DNA of 64,000 bases from Pyrodictiaceae archaeon (GTDB taxonomy: Archaea; Thermoproteota; Thermoprotei_A; Sulfolobales; Pyrodictiaceae). The stretch is from assembly GCA_027036135.1 (NCBI GenBank), contig JALVSY010000007.1, positions 1,060,880 through 1,124,879 on the forward strand, read 5' to 3'. This document shows positions 40,104 to 49,926 of the stretch, piece by piece. Made by a program: the position numbers and the translations under genes. The notes beneath the pieces were generated by a model. The model did no database searches. It was not told the DNA's origin and saw only the letters and a program-made list of their open reading frames with translations. How positions within the stretch are numbered: the stretch's first letter is position 1; every line of letters begins with the position of its first letter.

Positions 40104-41526
40104 GTGTTGACGAGATGTGGCTATCCCTCAAGTATCCTGGACATGGCTTTCTGTTCAGCAACTAATAGCGAGTCTCTCGTAATCGATACCCGGGGTAGGA
40201 AGCTCAGCTACCCAGAGCTAATGAGCAAAGCCAGTAGGGCTGCAAAAATCCTTGCAGAAAAATACAAGGTGTGGAGCAACAATATAGCTATAGCCCCTAT
40301 CAATAGCCTCAACTCCCTAGTGATAATCTTGGCCTCGTGGATGACAGGCTCAGTAATTACTGTAATTGATCCGCTTAGTCACAACATGGATCTAGAGCAA
40401 CAGCTGGCCCAGATAAGGCCAAAGCTGCTTATAACTTCGCGTGACTTCTCTACGAGGCACTGTAGCGTTGCTGGAAAAACAAGGGCCAGGTGCGTCCTAG
40501 TAGAGGAGCTAGTAGAGGAGGCAGGTGCAGGTACTAGTTGGGAGAACTATTACAGGCCTCGTGGATGGGATAATGCTCTCATCTATTTCTATGCAGGTAT
40601 TGCTGGTAGGACGATGCCTGTTATACATACCCATAGCGGGGTAGCTGCCTCGGCCTACACTGTTACCCAGCACTATAGCCTTAGCAGTGATGATAGAGTA
40701 CTTGTCGTCTCGCCTATAAGTCATGCACTTGGCCTACAAATATCGCTGTTAGCAGGCATAGCTGCTGGGACAACAGTAGGGCTCTATACGCGCACAAAGA
40801 GCCTAGACCCCGGCCATGCAGCGCGGACAATGAAGGAGTTTGACCCGAGCCTAGTCCTAGCAGCTCCAGGGCTCTTCAAGGCCCTGCTCGAAGCAGGATA
40901 CAATGGCAACCCGGGGCTACGCTACCCTGTAAGCGCCGGAGCTCCACTTCCCCGAAGCCTCCAAGAGAGGTGGAGAAATGTAACGGGAGTAGAGCTGCTG
41001 CAGCTCTACGGCATGACTGAGGCAGCTCCTGTCTCAGCAACTCTCCCAGGAGAGAATCCACCTAGGAGCATAGGTAAACCGATGCCGGGTATTGAGGTGA
41101 GACTAGACAGCAGTAATAGCGTGGGTTGAATTACTTGTCCGAGGCCCCGTGATCATGAGGGGATACGCGGATCCCGAGGAGACGAGGAAAGCATTTACGC
41201 TGGACGGGTGGCTAAGGACAGGCGATATCATTGAGATAAGGGATGGCTTCCTCTATTTTAGAGGCGTAAAGAAGAGGATGATAAAGTACAAGGGTTATCC
41301 CGTCTTTCCGCGAGACCTTGAGTTGATGCTTGAGCAGCACCCAGCTGTCTCGAGAGCTATTGTGCGTGGCGAGCCCCGCGAGGATGTGGGCCAGATACCA
41401 GTCGCAGAGATATGGCTTAAACCAGGAGCAAGGGTTTCCGAAGAGGAGTTGTTAGAGTGGGTTAACACGCGCGTGGCTCCCTACAAGAGAGTGAGGAAGA
41501 TAATACTACGGGGCGAGAGCACCTAG
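40104..41526 (+). pseudogene. AMP-forming acyl-CoA ligase split by a +1 frameshift at ~41127
   Basis: SAGAPL, YGMTEA, IGKP; removing one T restores GELLVRGPVIMRGY leading into GWLRTGD. Confidence 0.85.
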
Positions 41527-43343
41527 GCCAGTTTAACCGGCGTTATTATTGTATAGCGATGCGTTAGTAGCTCCTCTATGTCCAGCGGAGTACCAGTAGC
41601 AGCGTTGTGTCTATCAATTATCTGCTTTAGCTCCTCTATTTCATCGTCTCTTAGGTACCGGTACTCGGCATGAGGGTAGCCGATGTGCAATACGCCCCAA
41701 AGCCTCTCAAGAACTCTGAACCTGTCTCCTAGCACACTCTTTAGCTCAGAGACACTTCGTGCTCTTAAGGCGCTATACATCTCCTTCTGGCCTATCTCGC
41801 CCCTAGAAGCTAATGCTTTAATGTATCTCTCTATCTGCCTCCTCGGCGGCGCCTTGCCAACACTGCTCAGCGGTATATGTCCTTTCACGTAGATCTTCCC
41901 ACCGACCATTCCAGTGGCGACGTACTTGCCTACCTTGCCGAGTACAAGTATCCTTCCACCAGCCATGAACTCGCCTAGATAGTCTCCCGCATCTCCATGC
42001 ACCACTATTATTCCTCCCTTGAGCTGAACACCTAGCCTATTACCAGCATTGCCGAGTACGTGTAGCTCATCACTCCTCATTGCCTGTGCAGCAGAGTCGC
42101 CAACATCGCCGTAGACAATAATTCTTGAGTTCTCAGCACAATCAGCCAAGTCCTCCTGGGCACTCCCGTAGATTCGGACCTCTAATCCCTCCACGAGGTT
42201 TAGGCTAGCATTGCCCACAATGCCCCATAGCTCTAATTTGCCAGGGCCGAGACCGCTTGCTACATACCGGTGGCCAAGGAGATTATATGCTGCAGCGTAG
42301 CCTCTCTCAGAGAGCATCTTCGCTAGCTCAGCGTTTAGCTCACTCCTGGTAAGCCCAGAGGCATCAATAGCCCACCTGGGTGGCTTCGGGTAGTCATAGA
42401 CCTTGTAGGCGACTAGGCCCTTAGCTATTATCTCTCCATCGGGATAGACAATTACCCTCCCATCTCCTCGGAGAAGCTGAGGCCTCGCACCCGGCTCCAT
42501 GGCTTTTATCGCAGCTGCCTCGCTGGCGACGTAGACCACTCCATTCTCTATAGCTACATACAGTGGTCTCAAGTGGTGACGGTCAATGAATGCTCCTAGG
42601 AGAGGCCCCTGGGGCTCACCGTGCAGAAACACCACGGCATAAGGGCCGTCAAGCCTAGCCCAGCGTAGCCCTCTACCATAGACAAGCATATCTATCATAT
42701 CATCAGCATTATAGCCATCCTTCATAAGCATATCTATAAGATAGGCTATTACCTCGCTATCATTCCCAGTAAAGCTCCTTACTCCGAGGAGGTACTCTAC
42801 CAGCCTCTTGTTGGAGCCATAACTGCTGAGATCCCCGTTATGGATTATTACAGTCTCCCCGCAACTAAATGGGTGTGCTAGCCATGGGCGGAATCCGGGG
42901 CTATTTGTGGGGTACCTTGTATGCCCTATCCAGGCCGGGCTGACCTTGCCCCAAAGATTATATGACTCCGCGACCTCGTGTGGCCGACCAATGCTCTTCC
43001 ATACCTCCAGGAACCTCGAACTCTGCAATACGCGTAGCTTGCCTAGTTGTTGTCTGCTGGGATAATCTCGCAGTAGCACCTCGTAGACGCTTATCCCGTG
43101 GCCAAGTACAGCTATTCGTCTCGGTTGTTCCTCGGTAACTAGGTGGCTAAGCTCCTCCTCGGGGTTCTCGAGGTGCTCGTCTATGAAGACTCGTAGCCTC
43201 ACATACCCGTTTGGCTCTGGGCTGTACGCTGCATAGCCTGCCCCGTGCTCGGTGCCTCTCTCCTCCATTGCTCGTAACGCTGCTAGTACTCTTTGGAAAC
43301 CCAACATCTCGTCGAGGCTGATTGCCCCAGCTATACCGCACAA
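41523..43343 (-). CDS. gltB: Glutamate synthase amidotransferase + GXGXG domain subunit
   Basis: N-terminal MCG (Ntn), HTRYPTN, HPF, HNG, DSE, DGPY; GXGXG repeats GDYLGEFMAGG. Confidence 0.85.
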   Translation of the reverse strand: MCGIAGAISLDEMLGFQRVLAALRAMEERGTEHGAGYAAYSPEPNGYVRLRVFIDEHLENPEEELSHLVTEEQPRRIAVLGHGISVYEVLLRDYPSRQQLGKLRVLQSSRFLEVWKSIGRPHEVAESYNLWGKVSPAWIGHTRYPTNSPGFRPWLAHPFSCGETVIIHNGDLSSYGSNKRLVEYLLGVRSFTGNDSEVIAYLIDMLMKDGYNADDMIDMLVYGRGLRWARLDGPYAVVFLHGEPQGPLLGAFIDRHHLRPLYVAIENGVVYVASEAAAIKAMEPGARPQLLRGDGRVIVYPDGEIIAKGLVAYKVYDYPKPPRWAIDASGLTRSELNAELAKMLSERGYAAAYNLLGHRYVASGLGPGKLELWGIVGNASLNLVEGLEVRIYGSAQEDLADCAENSRIIVYGDVGDSAAQAMRSDELHVLGNAGNRLGVQLKGGIIVVHGDAGDYLGEFMAGGRILVLGKVGKYVATGMVGGKIYVKGHIPLSSVGKAPPRRQIERYIKALASRGEIGQKEMYSALRARSVSELKSVLGDRFRVLERLWGVLHIGYPHAEYRYLRDDEIEELKQIIDRHNAATGTPLDIEELLTHRYTIITPVKLA

Positions 43344-43349
43344 GGGGTA

Positions 43350-45449
43350 TCAAGCCCCGGCCAGTGGTACTTCAAGCGACTTTGCTACTAGCCCGTCTAG
43401 GCTTCGTAGAAGCCACCTATTGCCCTGAAGGCTCTGGTAGCTCGTGACGCCGCCCGCGCCCATGAGGAGTTTCAGCTCCCAAGCAAGCTCTATCAATGTG
43501 TTCTCATAAGCCTCTCTACGCAGCTCATAGGGTTGTCCACTAAGCTTCCTATGTAACGTGTTGAAGAGTTTGCGTGGTGAAGCTAGGTCTGCTCCAAGCG
43601 CTACGAGCTTATAGACATCGGCACCGTCACGTAGCTGGCCAGCAGCAACCAGGGTTACGGTATCCCTTACACAGTTGCGCCAGTACTCGTCGTCGAGCCT
43701 AACAACCCATTCCTCGAGCCATGGTTTCGCTCGCCCATGCTTACCCCTAAGCTCCTCGTCAATGATTACTATCCTATAGCCAGGTGGCGGATAGAGCCCA
43801 GGCGGCACTGATATGGCGAGTGGGTGCTCCATGAGGCTGCACTCAAGCGGGTAGCCGAGAGCCTCGGCTGCTTCCACAAGAGCTTCGTCTATGCACGGGA
43901 CGGTTATGGGTGCCTCGTAGACCTCTCCATTAAAGATTCTTGTCTCTAGGCTTATCTCCTCGCGGTATGGGTCAATGCTGGGTCTTGTTACCTGGGCGGC
44001 CTCTATTCTCAAGAGGTCTATTGGTCTCTCAGCTGGAGTAGTATAGCCTGGCACGTATCCGCCCATGCCTATGATGGGGGTCTTGGCCCTCTCGTAGACC
44101 ACTTCCTCAACATTGACCTCATCTAGGGGGTCGCGGTACCAGGCTACTTGCCCTGGATCCGCTAGCTCAACGCCAATAGCCTCGGCGACACACTCGTCTA
44201 CATTATGGAGCTCGAGGAGGTCTCTTCGCCCCACTAGTTTCTGCAGCTTGTCCTCGCCCAGAGCATAGGTTATGAGCTTAAGTGTTCTCTCGAGGGCTCT
44301 TAGCCAGTTTACTACACGTCTAGTAGCCCATTCTATGTCTACTCGTAGTGGATGAGTAAGGCTATTAGTTAGCCCTGTCGGGCACTTGCCAGTATAGCAT
44401 AGATGGCACATGATGCACCCCATTGCTATGAGAGCTGCTGTCCCTATGTTAGCCATGTTTGCCCCTAGGAGGATTAGTTTGGCTATGTCCTCTCCACTAG
44501 AGATCATTCCCCCGCCTATGAGGAGGAAGCCCCTCCTAGCACCGTTGTGACGGAGAAGCTTATCCGCTACCGGGATAGCATAGTCAACCGGTATGCCTAT
44601 GTGGTCTCTCACTATACGCGGCGCTGCCCCAGTGCCTGCTCCAGCCCCATCGATTATGGCTCCGAGGGCCGATGAACGAGCAATACCCACTGCAACAAAG
44701 CCCACCTGGTGACTCGCAGCAGTCTTAACGAGCACAGGCTTTCCAGTTAGCTCCCTAAGCATCCTAACCCTCTGGGCCAGGTCCTCTATGCTGTAAATAT
44801 CGTGGTGTGGTGCGGGGCTTAGAGCCTCTGTCCCCCGTGGTAGCTTGCGAAGCCTAGCTATATCTCCTACAACCTTTGTCCCAGGCAGGTGGCCTCCTAT
44901 ACCGGGCTTAGCTCCCTGCCCAATCTTTATGTTCACGGCTATTCCTCTTCGGATCATGTAGCGATCTATGCCGAAGCGGCCACTAGCCCACTGGATGACA
45001 ATGTTCCTACTCTTAGCCACCTCGGGGTGGAGGCCTCCCTCGCCGACGCCGACTACGGCTCCAGCAATATCAGCTGCACGCGCCAACGCTATGTTTGGTC
45101 TACCAGAGAGTGCCCCGAAACTCATATCCCCGAGGTAGACTGGGACTCTTAGCTTGATGCCCGCGAACTCGAGCCCAACATCAACATCTAGCCTATCTAT
45201 TCCATTTGGCCCGAGCTTTCTCTGCAAGTCCTCTAGCTCACTTGGCCTCAAGTCTCGGAAGCCGAGTCGATCGAGTATCCTGCCTCTTTTCCTTGGAGGG
45301 CTAATAGCTCTCGGCTCAATACCCTCGCTGGCAGCATGCCTTATCCATGCTATTCTATAGTGTTTCCAAAAACCGAGCCTGTCTCCCACGGGATGCTTAT
45401 AGGTATTCAATATAATGTATCTTTGCTTATTCTCTCTGGTTCTATTCAA
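43350..45449 (-). CDS. gltB: Glutamate synthase FMN-binding subunit
   Basis: MSFGALS, GEGG, QWASGRFG, KIGQGAKPGIGGHLPG, SPAPHHDIYSIEDL, CIMCHLCYTGKCP. Confidence 0.9.
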   Translation of the reverse strand: MNRTRENKQRYIILNTYKHPVGDRLGFWKHYRIAWIRHAASEGIEPRAISPPRKRGRILDRLGFRDLRPSELEDLQRKLGPNGIDRLDVDVGLEFAGIKLRVPVYLGDMSFGALSGRPNIALARAADIAGAVVGVGEGGLHPEVAKSRNIVIQWASGRFGIDRYMIRRGIAVNIKIGQGAKPGIGGHLPGTKVVGDIARLRKLPRGTEALSPAPHHDIYSIEDLAQRVRMLRELTGKPVLVKTAASHQVGFVAVGIARSSALGAIIDGAGAGTGAAPRIVRDHIGIPVDYAIPVADKLLRHNGARRGFLLIGGGMISSGEDIAKLILLGANMANIGTAALIAMGCIMCHLCYTGKCPTGLTNSLTHPLRVDIEWATRRVVNWLRALERTLKLITYALGEDKLQKLVGRRDLLELHNVDECVAEAIGVELADPGQVAWYRDPLDEVNVEEVVYERAKTPIIGMGGYVPGYTTPAERPIDLLRIEAAQVTRPSIDPYREEISLETRIFNGEVYEAPITVPCIDEALVEAAEALGYPLECSLMEHPLAISVPPGLYPPPGYRIVIIDEELRGKHGRAKPWLEEWVVRLDDEYWRNCVRDTVTLVAAGQLRDGADVYKLVALGADLASPRKLFNTLHRKLSGQPYELRREAYENTLIELAWELKLLMGAGGVTSYQSLQGNRWLLRSLDGLVAKSLEVPLAGA

Positions 45450-45640
45450 ATGCTACACCTAAGAAGGTGGCCTGCTAATGGGAATAACTAATAAATGCTT
45501 TTTGTTCATAAGTTGTACGGATTAATGAAGCCTTGTTATGCCTCTCTTAAGGAGATTATTCTGCGTAAAACAGGGTTCTGAATGTCTACATGCTCTAGTA
45601 CTGGGGAGCTAAATATGTACCTTCTTAACTGGTGCGAATC

Positions 45641-47068
45641 CTAATCAGCGCCAGGAAGCCTCGCCTCGAGGCCTAGCTTCTCTGCTACGCCCAGAGCTGC
45701 TAGGTAGCCCGTAGCGGCTGCGACGTTTATTCCGCGGCTTAGCCCGGCGCCGTCGCCTGCTACGTATAGCCCCTCTATGCTTGTCTCCATGGTTGGTGGT
45801 CTCACTTTTACCCGGAGAGCATAGTACTTTACCTCGGGAGCGTAGAGTAGTGTGTGCTTGCTCCACACACCCGGTGCGAGATCGTCGAGCCTTTCTAGTC
45901 CCTCGAGTATATCTGTGAGTACTCGGAATGGTAGAGCCATGCTTATGTCACCGGGTGTTGCGATTTTCAGTGTCGGCTCTACTACGCTTCTCTCAATACG
46001 GTCCCAGGTGCTCCTCCTCCCTGCTAGTAGGTCGCCTAGTCTCTGTATGAGGGGCTTGCCTCCGCCGAGCTTGGTTGCTATGCGCGCAATGTTCTTGCCA
46101 TAGTCTAGTGGCTCCTCCATGGGGTCTGTGAGCTTTATTGTTACTAGGAAGGCGAAGTTCGTGTTAAGGCTCTTCCGGGTAGCATATGTCTCTCCGTTAA
46201 CGCCTACCGTGCCATCGGGGTAGACCTCCTCCACTACGAAGCCCCGTGGGTTTGTACAGAACGTCCTAGCCTTGTCGTCGAAGGTCTTAGTGTAGAATAT
46301 CACCTTGGGGTCCCATACCACGCTCGTTAAGGGCTCCATGACTCGGTAGGGCACCTCAACCCTCACGCCAACATCCAGTGGCCCTGGCTCGGTCTCCAAG
46401 CCTATTCTCTTAGCCTCCCTAGCTAGCCACGTTGAACCACTACGCCCCGGCGCAAGTATCACTGTCCTCGAGCTTATCTCGCCCCTACTCGTCACTAGTC
46501 TAAACCCGCTATGCCCCGGCTCTAATCGCTCCACGCGGGTAAGTGTGAGCAGCTTCACACCCATGCGCTCCAAGTAGTCCTCCATAGCCGCTATTACCTT
46601 AACGGTGTTCTCTGTCCCCATATGCCGCTGCTTTATAGGGATAAACTTAGCCCCCGCCTTCACAGCTCTCCGCTCAAGCTCAGAGCTCCTTGATGGATCG
46701 GGCTCGAATAATCTGTCACGGGGAGCGCCGAAGTAGAGGAAGACCTTATCAACCATGTCTATTAGCCTCTGAGCCTTCTCCCAGCTACCTAGTAGGCGGT
46801 GAAGCTCGCCACCAACATCTGGTCTGAGATTAATTATACCGCTACTGAACGTCCCAGCTCCACCAACGCCCTGCATTACGTGGCACGGTTTGCAATAGGC
46901 GCATTTACCAGTAACTCTTAGCGGGCACCGTCGCTGTGCAACGCGTAACCCAGCATCAATGAGAGCTACTCTTGCTCTTCCACGACTAGCCTCGCCAGCG
47001 AGCGCTAGCGCGGCGAAGAGCCCTGCAGGCCCAGCACCAACTATAGCTACGTTGAATTCCTTTACCAT
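45641..47068 (-). CDS. NAD(P)/FAD-dependent oxidoreductase (COG2509-like)
   Basis: GAGPAG, CP...C..C.PC, GVGGAGTFS, RTFCTNP, YAPEVKYY, AGDGAG. Confidence 0.88.
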   Translation of the reverse strand: MVKEFNVAIVGAGPAGLFAALALAGEASRGRARVALIDAGLRVAQRRCPLRVTGKCAYCKPCHVMQGVGGAGTFSSGIINLRPDVGGELHRLLGSWEKAQRLIDMVDKVFLYFGAPRDRLFEPDPSRSSELERRAVKAGAKFIPIKQRHMGTENTVKVIAAMEDYLERMGVKLLTLTRVERLEPGHSGFRLVTSRGEISSRTVILAPGRSGSTWLAREAKRIGLETEPGPLDVGVRVEVPYRVMEPLTSVVWDPKVIFYTKTFDDKARTFCTNPRGFVVEEVYPDGTVGVNGETYATRKSLNTNFAFLVTIKLTDPMEEPLDYGKNIARIATKLGGGKPLIQRLGDLLAGRRSTWDRIERSVVEPTLKIATPGDISMALPFRVLTDILEGLERLDDLAPGVWSKHTLLYAPEVKYYALRVKVRPPTMETSIEGLYVAGDGAGLSRGINVAAATGYLAALGVAEKLGLEARLPGAD

Positions 47069-48105
47069 GCTATCACCTCTCTTGAGCGATCAATTACGCA
47101 GCCGACTTCCTCGCCCGTACCTATGACCGAGACTGGGGCACCGAGCCTATCCTCTACCTCCTCTATCCACTTTCTCGCCTCCCTCGACAGCTTCTCCCAT
47201 GACCTGGCGCACCGGGTCTCGGGAAACAACTTGTCCAGCTTAGTAATGGCTATATCGGTAGCGGAGTTCGCTTTAACAGCCCTAGCCGCCAGCTCGTAGT
47301 TGAAAGCAGCTACTCTCCTAGGCCTACCAGTAACGGTGCCGTACTCTATCCAGCCAAGCTTCTCCGCCTCCTCGCGACTAATCTCGCCGAGCAAGGGGCC
47401 CGCGCCCACGCGGGTAACATATGCCTTAAACACGACGGTAATCCTATCAACGCTGCGCGGCCCAAGCCCAATTTCGCTAAGAGCAGCAGCGGCGGTCGTG
47501 TCGCGGCTGGTTACGAAGGGATAGGTGCCGTGGTATAGGCTGAGCCAGTATCCCTGCGAAGCCTCTACTAGGACTAGCTCGCCGCGCTCAATGGCTTCTA
47601 GGAGCAAGGCCTGGGTATCAGCAAGGAATTGTTTTAGGACAGGATAGTCGCGGGCTAGGCGGAGGCGGCGAAGAACCCTGTCAACCATCGCGGCCCCTAC
47701 ACCACTACCCGTCGAGCCTATATGAGACATGAGGTAGTAGTCGCTCCTCTCCCTCTCAACGTGCTCCCTCGTAATTATTCCAGTCATCTCGTCAACGAAG
47801 AGCCGACTAGCTACCCCTAGCTCCTCTGCCTCGCTAAGCAAAACCTCTAGAGAGGCAAGAGCCCCGCGAGCAACTATGAGCCCTGTCTCGGGGTTCACGA
47901 ACCCGGAGGGAACTATTCTCAGCTTGTACCTCTGCCCCCGGTATACAACGGTGTGGCCAGCATTGGTTGCCCCTGTGCGTACAGCGTAGGATGGGTTCTC
48001 GGCTAGGGAGAAATAAGCAGCTATCTTGCCCTTACCCTCGTCTCCGAAGAACCCGCCTACAACTATATGTAAGGGCACTGGCTCCCAAAGCCAGAGAACC
48101 CCCAT
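47062..48105 (-). CDS. purA: Adenylosuccinate synthetase (short archaeal form)
   Basis: GGFFGDEGKGK, NAGHT, IGSTGSG, YPFVTSRD, YGTVTGRPRR. Confidence 0.95.
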   Translation of the reverse strand: MGVLWLWEPVPLHIVVGGFFGDEGKGKIAAYFSLAENPSYAVRTGATNAGHTVVYRGQRYKLRIVPSGFVNPETGLIVARGALASLEVLLSEAEELGVASRLFVDEMTGIITREHVERERSDYYLMSHIGSTGSGVGAAMVDRVLRRLRLARDYPVLKQFLADTQALLLEAIERGELVLVEASQGYWLSLYHGTYPFVTSRDTTAAAALSEIGLGPRSVDRITVVFKAYVTRVGAGPLLGEISREEAEKLGWIEYGTVTGRPRRVAAFNYELAARAVKANSATDIAITKLDKLFPETRCARSWEKLSREARKWIEEVEDRLGAPVSVIGTGEEVGCVIDRSREVIAW

Positions 48106-48273
48106 GGTTCTAGTAAATAATCCTTATTGACACCGAGCAGCAACAACAATGTTATAACGACTCTTATAAAAATACTGATGAGGCGACTAGCAGCACCATT
48201 GCCTCTAGGGATGAACCACAAGAAACCCAGAAACTCGTGAAACAAAGTGCAGTGTGGAGACGCGTTAGTGGTG

Positions 48274-49722
48274 CTACCAGGGCGCTATGGTGCTCCTCTT
48301 CGGCTCAACGGCCTCTAGCGGTGCCACCTTCACGAGGCGGAACCTCTCATATATCATCTCGACGCGCCCGGTCTCCGGCTCGATTATGAACTCTACTCTT
48401 AGTGTCCTGCCATTGGCTCTCTGTACGAAGACTGGGTTAGTGGTGCTCATCTCTGTTACGGGTTTTTCTGGCTCGAGTACGGTCTTTCCTCTCCTTGGGT
48501 CTATTATCTCCATTACTAGGTTGTCCCCTATTCTCTCGAGCCTGGCCTTGACTGTTCCCATGTAGTTGTGATAGATGCCCTCCAGCGTCTCCAGTAGCTT
48601 ATCCGCCCTTATGAATGGCAGCTTCTCCGGATCGTCACCCTCGAGGACCATGAGCGCTGCCATAGCAATGTCCCTTGGGGCTGCATCTGCGTTTGCTAGT
48701 ACCCCTATTGATAGGCGGTGCTCCGGTATGTAGCCGGCGAACCCTGTATAGACGTATACGCTCCCGCTATGCCCTATGAGCTTGCCCAGGGGATAGCCTT
48801 GGTAGATTATTGTGCCGAGCCCGTAGGAGTCGTCGCCGAATAGCTGGGTGGGTAGCTTTATCCGCGGCTTCTCCATCTCCTCGACGCTGCTCTTTGAGAG
48901 GATCTCGGTATCGCCTAGCTTCCCGCGATTAGCTAGCGCCTGCATGAATTTTGCCAAGTCTATTGCGGTGCTGTATATCCCGCCATCAGCGTATATCGTT
49001 GAGGGCAGCGTCATCGGCTTCGGAGGCCTCTGCGAGGAATCATACGGGGTCGCTAGCAACGGGTTGTTCTTCGCCTCCTCGTACCTAGCAGTGGTGTTCT
49101 GGAGTCCAAGAGGCCTAGCTATGTAGCGCTCAATGTAGTCCGCGTAGCTTAGCCCACTAAGCTTCTCGATTACGAGGCCGAGGGCTACGAAGCCCTCGTT
49201 TAGGTAGAAGAACCTCTCACCCGGAGAAGCGAGGGCCCAGTGCCTGGCACCCCTCTCGAGCCACTCCAGTACATGCCTTGGGTCAGAGTATGGGAGCCAC
49301 GTGCCTGACTGGGCGAAGTAGCTGCTTAGTAGTGCTTCTGCATAGCCTAGTGCTGGTATCCCGCTAGTATGGCTAAGCAGGTGCCAAACCCTGACAGGCT
49401 CGCCTTTGACGCGCAGCTCTATGGGGAGATACTTCTCCACCGGATCATCTAGGCTCAGCTTCCCCTTCTCAACTAGTTGCATGATAGCCACGGCTGTGAA
49501 GACCTTGGTTATCGATGCTATCTCGTACACAGTGTCAGGTGTAGCTGGCTTACTCTTCTCGAGGGAGCGGTACCCATAGGCTCGTTGCTCTACGGTCTTC
49601 TCCTCCTTCATGGCTACGAGGCTTAGGCCGGGGACATTCAGCCTAGACATCTTTGAGACAACGTAGCCGTGGAGCCAGCGGAGAAGACTACTAGTCAAGG
49701 AGGCTTGCTCACCGCTTTCCAT
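48274..49722 (-). CDS. Beta-lactamase-fold serine hydrolase (D-peptidase/esterase-like)
   Basis: SITK (SxxK), LLSHTSG, YLN (YxN), HSG; no signal peptide. Confidence 0.9.
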   Translation of the reverse strand: MESGEQASLTSSLLRWLHGYVVSKMSRLNVPGLSLVAMKEEKTVEQRAYGYRSLEKSKPATPDTVYEIASITKVFTAVAIMQLVEKGKLSLDDPVEKYLPIELRVKGEPVRVWHLLSHTSGIPALGYAEALLSSYFAQSGTWLPYSDPRHVLEWLERGARHWALASPGERFFYLNEGFVALGLVIEKLSGLSYADYIERYIARPLGLQNTTARYEEAKNNPLLATPYDSSQRPPKPMTLPSTIYADGGIYSTAIDLAKFMQALANRGKLGDTEILSKSSVEEMEKPRIKLPTQLFGDDSYGLGTIIYQGYPLGKLIGHSGSVYVYTGFAGYIPEHRLSIGVLANADAAPRDIAMAALMVLEGDDPEKLPFIRADKLLETLEGIYHNYMGTVKARLERIGDNLVMEIIDPRRGKTVLEPEKPVTEMSTTNPVFVQRANGRTLRVEFIIEPETGRVEMIYERFRLVKVAPLEAVEPKRSTIAPW

Positions 49723-49822
49723 AGTATCCTTTTAGCTCGGTTATTGGTGCTCCTCTGCGCGCTACGGCTCCTCTACGTATCCTTCCACGATTAACTAGTG
49801 CCGGTAACTCCCTTGCTGGAGG

Positions 49823-49855
49823 TTTATAAACCTTGGTGTAGATGGCATCTTCACC
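49823..49855 (-). promoter_or_regulatory. 21-bp palindromic operator (copy 3) plus TATA box
   Basis: + strand 49835-49855 GGTGTAGATG-G-CATCTTCACC; on the minus strand followed by AAGG-TTTATAAA, facing the serine hydrolase. Confidence 0.8.
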
Positions 49856-49926
49856 CCACTATTTTAGGAACAACTAGGGAGTGGTTAAAGCGAGGCACCT
49901 TGACGGCCAATAATCAGGGCTACAGC

